From Geosiphon pyriformis uo1 (taxonomy: Eukaryota; Fungi; Glomeromycota): DNA of 64,000 nt. The DNA is taken from assembly GCA_016748015.1 (NCBI GenBank), contig JAAOMT010000518.1, positions 186,001 to 250,000 of the forward strand. Reading direction: 5' to 3'. A program made the translations under genes and the position numbers. Every line of letters begins with the position of its first letter. Positions within the stretch are counted from its first letter, which is position 1. Under the pieces are notes generated by a model. The model searched no databases. It was given only the letters and a program-made list of their open reading frames with translations, and was not told the DNA's origin. Below are positions 1-13,582 of the stretch, piece by piece.

Positions 1-489
1 AAACTTTAAATTAAAACTTTAAATTAATATTAACAATTAAACAAACTAAATAATTAATATATTTTTTATTTAAAACAAAAATTAAAAAAAGTCAGTTTAT
101 GTTTTATTTAAATACAAAGATTATAATAAAAAACTTTTATTTATAAAAATCTGTATTTATCAAAAAATTATGCTTATTATTATTATAAAATCTGCCATAA
201 AAAATAATTTAATCATCCAAAACAAAACAAAAAATAAAACAATAAATCATGTTTTATTTATATATAATTATTATTTAATAAAATATAATTAAGTTAATAT
301 TTTAATAAAAAAAAATTTATAACTAAATTTGTTAATATACTTTATTTATTTTAAATAAAGTAAAAAAAACCTTATTTTAAACAATATAAAACAGTATTTT
401 AAACAAAGTGTATTATTAGCAATAATTTTTATTAATAAAAAAATCCAAAAAAATGTTTAATAAATAAAAATCTAAGAATAAATTTAAAA

Positions 490-2950
490 ATAAATACAAT
501 ATTTAATTATGGGTAGCATTTAGATCTTATTTGTTAAGCATAATAATAAAAAAATTTTAGTTATTACAAAGTAAAAAATAAATAAATAATTGACTGTATT
601 TTGTGCATAGTTTTTTTTTTGTAATAGACTTATAATATTTGGTTTTTAAGTATTCTTTATATTATAATATTAATGAATTTTCAACTTGTTTAAGCTTATT
701 TTCTTTATTGGCATTATTAACTTAATTGTTTTTTAAGATTTGATCTTGATTTTGAAGTATAAATACTACTTTTTTATGTTGACCAATAAATTGTCTTAAC
801 TATATTATTATCTTACTATGATTGTTATATTTAATAGTAAGCTAAACAACTTGTTATATGAATTCTTATATTTTACTATATTTTTGTTTTTTCTGTGTTA
901 CAAGACATGAAACATTAATAATGGTTTTAAGTATAATTAAAAAATTTAGAATTACTATTTAGTTGGAAGAATTTTTTGTAGTCTCTTAATTTGTAAAACA
1001 AAAAGCTTTAATAACTAAATTATTGTTTTTTTTTTCATTAGTATACTATTACAAAAGTATTATTTAAATGTGAAACTCTACAATTTTTGAATATAACAAT
1101 ATTTAAAAATAATGATAACAAACAATATTACAAGATATACTAAACAAATATGAACAAAAATAAGAAACAAAATCAACAATTATAATAAAATATAAATACT
1201 TGTTGTTTTCTGGTCATAGATCTGTGATTTTCTACACTTTTTTGATGTTTTTTTATTGGCTTCAGCAATTATTAATTTCAATAAAATTTGTTTCATATTA
1301 TACAAATTCTTAATAAAATTATTTGTTATATTAGGATTGGAATTTTAAATTTCAAAATGTTGTTAGATAAATAACTTGAAAAAGTACATTAGGAAATAAA
1401 TTTTTTTACCTCATTATAAGTATTGATATTTAATAATAATTAACTTACAATAAAGTATAAATATTGTGCTATTTCTAAATATTTCATAAATAAGATATGA
1501 AACATAAGATATTAAGTTATTTGTTTGTTAACTTCAGAAAAGAGATTATGGTTAATTAACATAATTTTTATATAAAATGAAAGTATACAATATTCAAAAA
1601 AACAATTTTATTCTTTATTTTTAAGTTTTGTATTTAATGCACCAGCAAAATTACACAAATTATTATTTGCTAAAAGCATATATTTAATAATATTGTTAAA
1701 GTTTTTAATACAAAAAGTAGTTTAAGTTCCTATAATAAATATTTTTGATGTGAATGCACAAGTTTATACTTGTTAGCTGAAATAAAAAACTCTCATTAAA
1801 TAATTTTTAGTATTAATATATGTTTTAGTAAGTTGTAATTATTGTTCATAGAAATTTTTTTTACATAAATTATTGTAACATAAAAAAAATTATAAACAAA
1901 GCTTTCATATTAATTGTAAAGCTTTGACTTAAGATTCCTTGATAAGTTTTTATTAATGTAAAAAATACAATAAATTTGGTAAATTGTTTTATATACTTAA
2001 GCAATTGCTGCAATTGCTGCAAGATTAACATTAGTAATAAACACTAATAGTTCTGTTATTGTTGCTTTTTTCATCTATTCTATAATTTATTTATACAATT
2101 TGACAGTTTTATCTGATATAAAAACTTGTACAATAAAGTGGAATCTTGTGTTATTGTCTATAATAAAGAAAAAAATAAGTGATATTTGATAGTAGTTGGT
2201 TTTTGTTGTATTGTTATTTAAAACAATATTATAGTACTTTAACTAAAGAACAATTTGTACAAAAGACATCTAAAATACATAGATAAGCCAATTTTTATCA
2301 ATTTCAAACTTTATGATCCATTTAAGATTATTTAATTTGTAATTTATAAGAGTTGTTAATAAGTAAAATATATCATGTTTTTTATTATTATGAACTTTAA
2401 ATCTTTGTATTGTATTTGTAAAATTACAATTAAGAATATATGCTGTTGGAAATTTTATTTTTAATGATTTTTTTTGGATAGTAATTAATAAATTTGTACA
2501 TTTCATAAAAAATTAAATCTTTTAAAGAATATTATTTAAAATTTTTTAATACATTAAAATATATTTTTTACTGTTGGAATATAATAAATAATTGTGTATA
2601 TTGTTAAGAGTAATAAAAATTATTTTGTATAAGTTTTTAATATAATTTATATTAATATGCTAATTATATTCTTGATTTTTAAATTTGGTATTCTAATAAT
2701 TTTGAACATTGATCTTTTTTTTGGTTTGTATTGGCTGTTAAATTCACACCCAAAAGTGCAATATTTAATCCTGCTATTTAAATGTTGTTTTAATTTCTTT
2801 TGGATAACTCTAAATTCTTGTTATTTATTATAGGTTTTTATAATTATATTAATATTTTCTTATGTTTTAAAAGCATAATTGGTACAAAATTTTATAGCTA
2901 AATAAATATAACAAAATCTGATACTAAATATGACTGAAATTATAACCAAT
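490..2950 (-). mobile_element. Heavily eroded MULE (Mutator/FAR1-related) transposase relic
   Basis: Manual minus-strand translation gives decayed MULE motifs: FAR1-like N-terminus (IKYCTFGCEFNSQYKPKK, about 2720-2770), NNNTTKTNYYQISL and DNNTR..VQVFISDKTV..Y (consensus-like DNTAKTNRY..DNNTRSRLVAQAFVSDET), VFITNVNLAAIAAIA (for VTDADPA), AFTSKIFIIGT*TT (for AFT..FTAG.QTT) and FHI..L..Y. ORF 2270..2506 is part of it. Many stops; ends approximate. Confidence 0.8.
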
Positions 2951-3554
2951 GATTTTAATTTTATTTATAAGCACTTGATTACTTAATTAGTTACTAACAT
3001 AATTTTGGAATTGATTAGCCAGCTTTACATTAAGAATAGATTGTAAATTAAAATAGAAATAACTTTAATCTTTTAGCACATGGTTTTTTATTAAACATAT
3101 ATACATATTTTTTTCTAAAAGCAAACTGCTTATTTTTTTTTGCTTTGTGTTTATACTAAAATATTAATCTTAATACAATATATAATATATTATTAACCAC
3201 AATATTAATTAATATATTTAAGTAAATGTTATTTAAAATAGTTTAAAAAGTCAGATTTTGCATAATCTGTTGTTTTTAACATTTTGGAATCTATAGCTTA
3301 TATCTAATACACAAATTTTTATGCTTATATTTATAATATATAAATTTTTCTTATAATTTAAGCACTATTTGAAACAAAAAAAACTTTTTGTTGTGCAAGA
3401 ATAAAAGCAGTTACACCAAAAATTTTGATGTGTTTTCATACTATAATATATAAATAATGTATGTCAAATTTAAAAACTATGTAATATGATATATGTGATT
3501 TATTTTTAACTAATAAAAATGATTAATATTATATAATTTAAAACAGACTGAAAC

Positions 3555-3614
3555 GTCGATCACTGCGTCATATATGGCACGTGTTACATTGCCATATATG
3601 GCGCAGTGGTCGAC
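3555..3614. repeat. 60-bp foldback/mini-MITE with 25-bp inverted arms, flanked by 5-bp direct repeat GAAAC
   Basis: GTCGATCACTGCGTCATATATGGCA (3555-3579) is the reverse complement of TGCCATATATGGCGCAGTGGTCGAC (3590-3614) with 2 mismatches. GAAAC at 3550-3554 and 3615-3619. Confidence 0.75.
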
Positions 3615-4504
3615 GAAACAAATAAGTCACGTGTTATAATATTAAATCACGTGCTTTTCCGAAGTTATTACAAATTTTTTTTGTAACAAGTTATTATAAA
3701 TTCATTAATCCAAATGTTTAATAATCAACTCATCTAATTTTTTATAAGTTTATGTGTTTTATTAATAATTTTTATCAAAAAAAAATAGAAAATTTTGATT
3801 TTGTATTGACTATTGCCAACTAAATAATATTATAATTAAAAATACTTATCTTTTATTATAAATTAACACTATATTAAAAGTTTTTAGCAAATTTAAATAC
3901 TTCTTAGTATTAGACTTAAAAACTAAATATTGAAAAATAACAATAAATTTTAAAAATTATTTAAAAACAGCTTTTATAATCTAAAAAAACTACAAATTTA
4001 ATATAATGTTTTTTGAATTATATAATATATTAATAATTTATAAATATTATTTATGCTGAAATTTTATAGCAATTAGTAATTGTTTATCTAATAATATTAA
4101 TATGTATTTATTATTCTTTAAAGCTTATTTAATTTACTTGTAAAAAATTTTTTAATAATTATAAAAAACAAAATTAAAATTAAAAGTTAAAAAATATTAT
4201 TTTAGCTAAATAATAATGAAAATAAAAAAATAATTAAAAACCAGTTAAAAAAATATTTTATTACTAAAAAACAGTAGCAATAATCTAGATTTTTAAATAT
4301 TTTGATTTATATTTTAAATTTATATTATTACTAATAATATTAAACTTAAATAATTTTATAACAAAAATACTTAATTTAATATTAAATAATTTTATTGAAT
4401 TGAGTTTTTAATCAATTACAAATATATTGTATTTTACAAATTAAGAAGTTTTACATAAATATTAATATTTTTTTAAGAATAAAACAAAATTAATACTTAA
4501 TAAA

Positions 4505-4937
4505 GAGAAAATGTTGTTAGTAGTTGTCAGTTTTGTTCATAGCTTAATTAAAAGACATTGGAATGAGTTATGACTGCTCAGAGCAAAATTCAAAGTAAAT
4601 ATAAAAGGATGTGGTTTTATTAATGATTGTAGTCTGGTTTCTGAAATTCCTGGTGTTGTATCATGCTCTCTTTCTGCTAGTGTTGTTCAACTGCTTGGCA
4701 TTGTTGACTTCTTTGCTGTAAGTTTTGGTTTGCATATAACTTGTTTTTTCTTTTTGGATTTAAATAATAGTGTAAATGTTTATATAAGTGTGTAGTGTTG
4801 TCTTAATTAGCCTTAATGATTAGTCACATATAGTAAGTGTATAAGCCATGTTTAGTTAGATTCTCTTATATGTCTCTATATACTAGGTAGTAGTTAGACC
4901 ACATTCATAAATAAATAATAATAATAATAATAAAAAA
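4505..4937 (+). mobile_element. 5'-truncated LINE copy (3' end of ORF2, 3' UTR and (TAA)n/A tail), related to the LINE at 8.8-15.5 kb
   Basis: 4511-4795 translates to VVSFVHSLIKRHWNEL*LLRAK...SASVVQLLGIVDFFAVSFGLHITCFFF...V*, which aligns with the ORF 8925..9290 C-terminus (SDGVVKLLGVAEAFGIHFGFRKSCSFF). Both share a 3' motif CTAGGTAGT..TT.GACC before the tail. Confidence 0.85.
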
Positions 4938-7499
4938 TTGAACCAAAACCTAATTAAAAACCTAATAATTACATTCATATAATAATATAATAAGCATAAA
5001 AATAAATTATATATTACATTTATGTGACAATATGAAAAATAAATTACAATTATAATCTGACAATTTTTTTGATTAAAAAAAATATGTAAACAATAAAAAA
5101 AATTGTTTATTATGTAAAATTTTTGCTTTTTAACTTTTGTGTAATAAAAAACAATTTTTAAGATATTAAACTTTAATAAAAAAAAAAAGCCAAATAAGTA
5201 AAAAAAAGCATAACTAGTATATCAAATTCAAGTAAAAAAGCATAAATCAAGTATAAAAACATTTTAAATTAATAGAAAAAATTAAAAAAAAAAAATACAT
5301 CTACTGTAAAAAAATTTTATCTTAATAATAATAATAAAATAATACTCATTTTTATTTTTATTAATATTTTTATTTATAATAAAAAAATTATGTTTTGAGA
5401 AAAAACAATACAACAAATCTCTTAAAACATTTAAAAAAAAACTATTTAATCAAATTTAATAATAAAATTTTTAAAATATTGAATAATTTTATTTAGAATA
5501 AAGAAATTTTAATTAATATTTTAATTTTTTTTATTTGATTTTTATTAATTTATTAATTATTTTCTAATTAACAAACTTATATATTTGTCTATTTTTATAA
5601 ATATCTTGTTAGATAGATTGTTTGTTTTAATTAAATATTTATTAAGGTTAAAAATAATAATTTTTGCAAAATTTTTATATTATTAATACCATTAAAACTG
5701 AGATAATAAAAACTTTTTTTATAAAATAAAATAATATTTTATCAAGTTTTACAGATATAAATCTTTATATTATAATTAATATTTTAATTTTTAATATTTT
5801 ATTTATCAATTAGAATGCTCCAAACCATTTATTTTTTATATTTAATACATAAATTTTTTTAAATATACTGTTTTTTTTAGATATTACTGCCTATTAAATT
5901 ATTAGAGATTAATAACTAAAAAAACTATTATTAGATTTTTGTATACTGTATAAGCTTTATTTTAGTGAAAATTTAATTAAAGTTTTTAAATATTGTTAAG
6001 AATTAAGTATATTAATTAAAGTATGTATTATTAAGTTTTTTGTATATATTTACTTTCAAATTCTGATATAAATATTCTAATATTGAAATAAATACTTATT
6101 TATATATTTGATAGTACTTCAAACAATCTTACTTTTATATAAACTCTTAAAAATATCTGTAAAATTAAAAATATTAAATTTGATAAATATAATTAACATA
6201 TTTGCTATATTGTTTATATATTTAATTTTATTGTTTAAAACATATTAATAATATTAAAAATAGATAAAACTAATATAAAAAATAACTTGTTAAAAAAATA
6301 AATCAAAAAAAATATTATAAGAATCAAAAAAATAATTCTAAGAATAAATTATTTTTTAAAAAACTAAATTTTTGAATATAGCTTTGTAAACTTATTATTA
6401 AAATTTATAGCTTACTTTAATATTATAAAAATTTTATATAATAATATAATATTGCAAAAATAAAAGTAAAAAAAGTTATTTTTAATATTAAAACATGATA
6501 GAATTTCATATTTTTATGTTAAAATATACAATAAAACTTTAAATTTTTTTTATCTTTTAAGTTTTATAAGATAAATATTATGTTTTTAAAGATTATATAA
6601 ATTTTTTTTAAAAATTCTATAAAGTTACAAAATTTGTTTTATCTAATTAATGCTTTTAAATTTATAGTTATTGGATAATATAATTGCTATAAATTGTAAT
6701 TTATCTGATTTGTGAATTAAAAAAAGCAAGTAAGAATAAATTAAAAAAATACAAAGAGTTTTGCAAATTAATATAATAAAAATAATAATATTTTTTATTA
6801 ACAGTATTAATTTTGTAATTTTACATTAATTTTTTTTTTATATTATAAAACATATATTATTGGATTGTTATTTAATACTTGTTTTATTAATTTTTGTTTA
6901 TAATTAATTATTAAACAAACTTAAAAATTTTGAAAAAGAAGCAAGTATTAATATTAAAACAAAAATTTAAAAAGTAATTAACAAGTTAAAAACTTATTAT
7001 ATTAAAATAAATTCTTTTATTTATATAATTATAATAAATAAAATTTAATTATAAAGATATAATAATAATAGTAATAATAATAGTAGTAATTATAATCAAT
7101 TTTATAAATATAGTTATAATTATTATTAATATAATTATAATAATAGTTGTAATTATAATTATAAAATCATAATTATTATTATATTATAGTAATAATTTTG
7201 AGATAATTAATTTGATATTAATTTAAATTTTTTTTATTAATTTTTGATCTTCAACTTAAGTTTTTTTATTATAAAGAGCATAATTGAAAAAAACAGTTTT
7301 TTAAATATATTATTTTTAATACATACTAATTAACACCATATACTAAGAAATTAATAAAAAAAAGATAACTTAATTATATATATTTATAAAAAATGGCAAA
7401 ATAAAAGAGATAATAAATTTAAACTTTATCTTAAAATGTTTTATATTACAAAAAGCCAATAATTTCTAATAATAAAAAATAAGCTTAAGTATTTTTTAT

Positions 7500-7945
7500 T
7501 TATTTATATAAAAAATTTAAATTCATTATTTTCAAAAAGTTTATAAATTAAAATATTTTTATTTTGCTGCTATAGCAAAAAATTATCTAATTATACTAAA
7601 TATATTTTTTTTTATTTCTATTTTTATAACAAAACAATCTAATTTAGTTTATATAGTAATAAATATACTAATAAAATAAGCTTTTTTGGAAGATACAAAT
7701 TTTAATTCAAAAAAAATGTAATTTAGAAGTCTAAATAATTTAGATATATATGTGCTTAAAAAATTAATAGTAAAGTAATATTATTAATAATTAAAGTTAT
7801 TATGTAATTTATTTTTATTTGTGTATCTAATTATTATAATTTCAGTTTTTAGTTTAATTCTAGTTTGATTCAGTTTTTTATCTTAAAAAACCAAATCAAA
7901 ACTGAACCAAAAAAAATTAAGCCAAACTAAATTGTTTAAAACATT
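7500..7945 (+). mobile_element. Eroded hAT transposon 3' end (dimerization-domain remnant plus subterminal repeats)
   Basis: KVYKLKYFYFAAIAKNYLIIL (resembles W...EYP.LA.MARDYLAIP) and YMCLKN* (resembles CMCLKSW), followed by AACTG/CAGTT-type repeats at 7840-7930 consistent with CpG-decayed AACCG subterminal motifs. Confidence 0.5.
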
Positions 7946-8924
7946 ATTAATAATTAATTAATTTTAAAATATTAGTATAAAAATTTAATTTTAAAGTAAT
8001 AATAATAAAAAAGTTGGATTTAAAATAAGTTTTTATTAAATTAATTTGTAAAAAAAATAATTCTGAGCTAAGATTTATTTTAAATAAGATATATTTTCTT
8101 AAAGAAAAAAGTTTTTTTTTATATAATTTGTTGTAGTATTATTTTATAATTTAGCACTTTTTTTTTAATGTTTTAGTCAATTAAAAATTTATTTTGTCAA
8201 ACTAAAAGTTATTTTTACAAATTATTAATTATTTAAGTAAACTATTGGGTATTTTATTGAATTTTTAAATCTTTTAACAAATTTTAAATATTATATAATT
8301 CAAAATATTACATAATCTAATTATTACAATTTAGTTATATTTGTATTTTATACAAATCAGATTATTAATTATATAATAATTTAGATAACTTAATAAGATA
8401 ATAAATAATAAATTGAAATAATAATATATGTTAATTAATAATAGAAATTATAAAAATAACTTTATACTAACTGTTAATTAAAATTTTTATTGGTAATACT
8501 ATTATTAAAATTGCTATTAATAATTTTTTTTAACTACATTTAAAATTATAAAATCTATTATAATAATTTCTAATTTTTTTACTTTTATTATATTTTATAA
8601 TGTTTTTTTCAACATATTCTAATAATATTAAAAATATTTTTGGTGTTATTAATGTTATTATTTTAATTAAGTTAAAATCTACTAATTTATAATAATATGT
8701 TGTTGTTTATTTTAAGAACTTTTTTTATAACTGTTGTTTTTAATAATTAATTTGTATTAGTTAAAAAAAATAATGTTAAAATTTTTTTTCTTTTTTTTTT
8801 ATTATCATTTAACAAGCGAGGTCCAAACACTACCTAGAACTATACATCAAAGAAATGATCTAAACTAGGTGTGAATCATGCACTGTCTACACGTGACCAG
8901 CCACTTGAGCCAGTCAGGACAACA

Positions 8925-11900
8925 CTACGCAATTATATTAATTGAAACCAGGTCACCAATACCTGAAAAAAAAGAGCAAGATTTGCGAAAGCCAAAATGG
9001 ATGCCAAAAGCTTCAGCAACACCAAGCAGTTTAACCACACCATCTGAGAATCTCGAAGTTAAACCAGAAATTGAGACAAGAACTGAGCCATCCACCAAAA
9101 TTAGGCCATTTTTTTCTATATAAGCATGATGCTTAACACGGACCAACCAAATGTCACTTTTGAAAGTGACACAAATAGAGCATACAAAATTAGCAATTTT
9201 AATGCCAGTAACTTTGGGAACATGGAAGACAGAAACAGCCTCCTGAAGCCATCCTTTGAAAACAAAACCTTTGCAAAGAGTTGAAAACACTAGGAAATCT
9301 AAGGCACAGACTGACAGCAGCTATAAAATGCTTGAAGCAGGGAGAGAGAGACTAAAAAGCACCTTTCAAGAAGACATACAGGATTCCAAAACCTGATGAC
9401 GAGCCGCATTATCAATAACACAAGAAAACACATGATCAGACACCTCCACCTCACCACAATACAGACACAAAACACTAGGGTAACATTTATCATAAACGTG
9501 TTTTCAAACAGCCATGGGAAGCTGATGGTGCAAGGCCTTCATAAAGTAAGTACGAATATCAGCAGTGCGTCTGCTGGTGAAACCAGTCGCCATATGCAAA
9601 TCAGGGTGCCAAACTCTAGAAGAGGCAAGCCAATCAACATTCGAGCACAAATCGCCAGCTAGGAACCCAGAACTGGAACTGACCTTCCAGTGCATCCAAC
9701 AGACAGAATGAAAAACATCACGAACAAAGTGTCTAGAATTGCCTGAAACAATACCACCACCTGCCAACAAAAACTGTTCAGCCACACGAGGAGAGAGAAA
9801 CCAATTAGAGAGAACTGCAGTGTCAGTGATGCTATTGGCACAATTATTTCTCAACACACCAAAGTGGCCCTTAACCTTGTGCCAGCTAACCTTTAAATTC
9901 TTTCTGTGTATAATATTCTTAATATGCTGGCACTTAACCCAACACCGATTGCGAAAGTCAGAACACACCAAGTCAACCTCCAACTTGCAAGCATCCAAAG
10001 CTGCCTGGCTATCCAAAAACAGGTGAACAGAATGATCCACAGGTACATATTCCAGAGCCAACGCTACAGTCTGCAACTCTGCCAAAGTAGATGACATCAG
10101 ACTCTGAACACAGACACCCAAACCCAAGTTAATGTCCTCAAAAAAGGCAGCAGCCCTAAATTTTTTACCAACTCATCTGTATACACAGACAAACTATCAG
10201 TGCCAACCCAAGAAAGATGATTACATACAGACACAAAACCATCAGAACCACAAATGTCCGCAGGGCCAACACCACTCAAGGCCAATGGAGAGGGAGATGC
10301 ACTACTGAGAAATGCGACAGAGTGCCCAAACCACTCAGGAACCGGGTCACAAGGATCCAGTTTCTTCCACCACTTAAAGATGTACCAGTCGAAGATATCC
10401 CCATGACAATTCCGAAGCTGATTCACAAAGGCAATGCCATAATGCTGGAGAGAAGGCAAGTATTTTAAAAACAGGGATTTGCCCAGAACAGGAGACATAG
10501 GCACCTCATCACGGAACCGAAAAGAGCTGGTCAAGGAGCCACCTAAAGACAAATTGCATTTAAGAAGAACGCGTACCATATCCGACAAGAAATTATTAGA
10601 AATGCTGACACGAATATGAGCCAGTAAACTCAATAGATGAATGGAGTGCCAGCACAGAACTTGCAAGTCGTGAGACCTGTGACTAAACAATCAACCCAGA
10701 ACCCCGCAGGAGTTTGCAAAACTAATAAGTGAAGCAATCTTGCTTTCAGACTGACATTGTGAGAAGAACTTCAGACCATAAAAGAAAGGATGATGAATTG
10801 TGTCACTAGGAAAATTGAGAGGAAGACCAGATTTAAGTTTCAAATCTTTGCGAATCAGAGCATCCCACTTGTCACACACACTAACAGGGACAAAGCTGAA
10901 CTGCATCCTGTAGCTGACTATAGGTTGGAGAACTGCCAATACCAGGTACAAGAACTGCTTATCTGAAACTGCTTTTTTTAGAACCAAATTACTAAAAAAA
11001 CAAACGTCTGAATGTGCTTTAGCCAAACTAGGCTTAGAAAGACCATTAGTTGAGAGAAAGATACCAAGATACTGATGAAATTCGCCTTTTTTGGTTATAA
11101 AAATGGGTGAACCACTAATAAAAAGAGACGGATTGCTGATTTTGGCATTAATAAGAATGGCCACAGTTTTGTTGTTATTGATTGAAATGTCATTAATTCA
11201 AAAAAACTCATTAACAACATTGAGAATATGTTGAGTAATAGCCTGACTGCTGCCAACTCAAATCATGTCATCAACAAAGACCCCAGCAGTGAAGAAAGTA
11301 GAAAACCCAGCCTGAGATTTAGCATGACCACTCCTGGAGACAAAATGGGAATTGAGTCTATATCTGTACACACTCTTCTGACGCTTGACTTCACACAAAA
11401 GAAGATCATAAAATATGCGCCAAAAAAGAGGGGAAAAAACTTCCCCTTGGTCCAACCCATCATGTACACTATAATCATCAGTTAAACTGAAGTTCATTAT
11501 AACCCGATTGGTCCGATTTCTATGAATATTGCTGAAAAAACGAATAAACTTGCCACACATTTTGATTCTGACCAAACACCTCTTGAGATGCTCCCATCCA
11601 ACAGAGTCATACACCTTCCGCATGTCCTGCAACACCAGTCAGAGCTCCCAATTTTTCTCTAAAGCATCCTCCACAACCAAACCAATAGCAAAAATAGGAG
11701 TCTGGTTAGTAGTACTCTTCAAAACCAAAAAATTATCCCCACAAAGAATATCATGAGTACTGCATACCAGCAATATCCTGTCAGAGAAAATCTTAGAGAG
11801 GATCTTACGAGCCGTCTCAATCAAGGCTATAGGTTGGGTATTTGTGAGGACACCTTCTCATTCGTATGGCTTAGGGATTATCGAAATCCAAGCTTCCTTC

Positions 11901-13582
11901 CAAGGACCAGACACAGACTCATGAGACAGACAAAAATTCAGAAGCACCCAGAGCATATCCAGAACAGACCTATTACTATGCATCCACAGCTCATTTGAAA
12001 TACCTGAAAGACCAGCAGTCTTGCCAATAGGCAGATCAGAAACCATGCCAAACAATTCCAAAAACTCAATTGGCTGCATAACACCAGAAAAAGCCTCATC
12101 AAAAATGTAATCCAACAGCCAATACTGATGGTGCCACACATCAGGGACATTGGAAACCACTCTATGCTTCCTAGTCTACTCTTCCATAATATCATCCACT
12201 CTCAATCTCACAGGACCAGGTTCTAAAATCAGCTCATCATCCACAACTAAGTGGTCTAAAACAACTATATGGAAAAGACACTCCAAAACACTCCGAATAA
12301 TGTGACCCTTGTTTAGTTTGAAACTTTCCATCCTCTTTTCGATTGCCGACTTGATATGAGATTCCTCTACACTCCTCAATTCCGCCATTTTAAGTGAGTG
12401 GTAAGTTTTTCTGACCTTGGAGAGAGCTGACTGAACAGTATCAAGAGGAAAACTGGAGAGAAAGAGAGATTTGACCACAGAGGCGTTATCAACGTCAAGA
12501 GAACCCCAGACATCCAACAGTAAAATGAATTTGTCACAACAAATTGACCAAGAAGCTTTAACCAGCTTTGAAATCAAAAGTTCCAACTTATGAAATTTGG
12601 ATGATTCCTTAGTGAAGACACCATCATAGTCTTTAAACCATTTCTTCTTAAACACTTCATCAGCTGAAAGAACCATTATCTTGTGGACAACATCCCACAT
12701 TGCATCCAAATCTAAGAATCGCTGGGAGGCAATAAAATCATCAGAAAACATGGCAGCATTAACTGCCGTAGCACCCCTGAACTTGTCCTATTTCGCGTCA
12801 TCAACACTCTTAAAATTAAACTTCTAACAATTTCTATTCGTCTGTTTGTGAAGAGAGTTCAATTGCACATCCAGCAAACCACCCAAACCCAAAGACACAG
12901 AAACAGCCTGATGATCCATTTCAAAATATTCACCAGCATCAGAAACACCACAGTGTAAAATCGCATTAACCAAATTCGAAGAAACCAAAACATAGTCAAT
13001 CATTTTTCTAACACCCCTAGAGTTTGCCCAAGTAGACATTTTAACAGCTGGGCTTCCGATCAAAGAATTAGCCAGACCCAAATCAAGGCACTTCCTAAAA
13101 CTTGCACACCTACAAGAATCATCTTCATTAAAATCGTCACCAAGAACAGTAAAAGAAGATTCATTGACAGTTTTTACAATAAAAGAGTTGATTTTATTAG
13201 CCTGAGAGAACTGAACTGCCGAAAAGGCACCAGCATAAAGCCCCAGAATTGATACAGAAAGTTTACCCTTGAAAAGTAATTTAATGGACAGGAGTCAACC
13301 AGACACCTCAGAAATCTTGCACACATGACAAGCCAAAGAAATGTCCAAGACAATAGCAACATCTGCACCCAAGTGACCAGAGTCCAAACCAGAAGTGAAC
13401 ACTTGGACACCATCAAACTTATCTGCAATCTACGGACGAATCTTACTCCTCAATTTCGTTTCAGTAATGATAGAGACCATATTGTTCATTTCCTTATGCC
13501 ACCTAATAATGTCCTTCTGCTTAACAAGATTGTTCATGCCCCTGACATTGCATGTAGCAACTTTCTAGACCAAACTGCTTAT
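8925..13582 (-). pseudogene. LINE ORF2: AP endonuclease, reverse transcriptase, RNase H and zf-RVT, disrupted
   Basis: APE: KVATCNVRGMN, ITETKL, IDYVLVS, MDHQAV. RT: IIPKP, RPIALIETARKI, QDMRKVYDSV, GLDQGEVFSP, FVDD. RNase H: VYTD, STLAELQTVALAL, FLDSQAAL, WHKVKGH. C-terminal CLYC..E..DHVF.C. Confidence 0.93.

Noticed and set aside
5000-7400. Additional eroded element(s) in the AT desert
   Set aside because: Probably TE-derived, but too decayed to assign any motif by eye.
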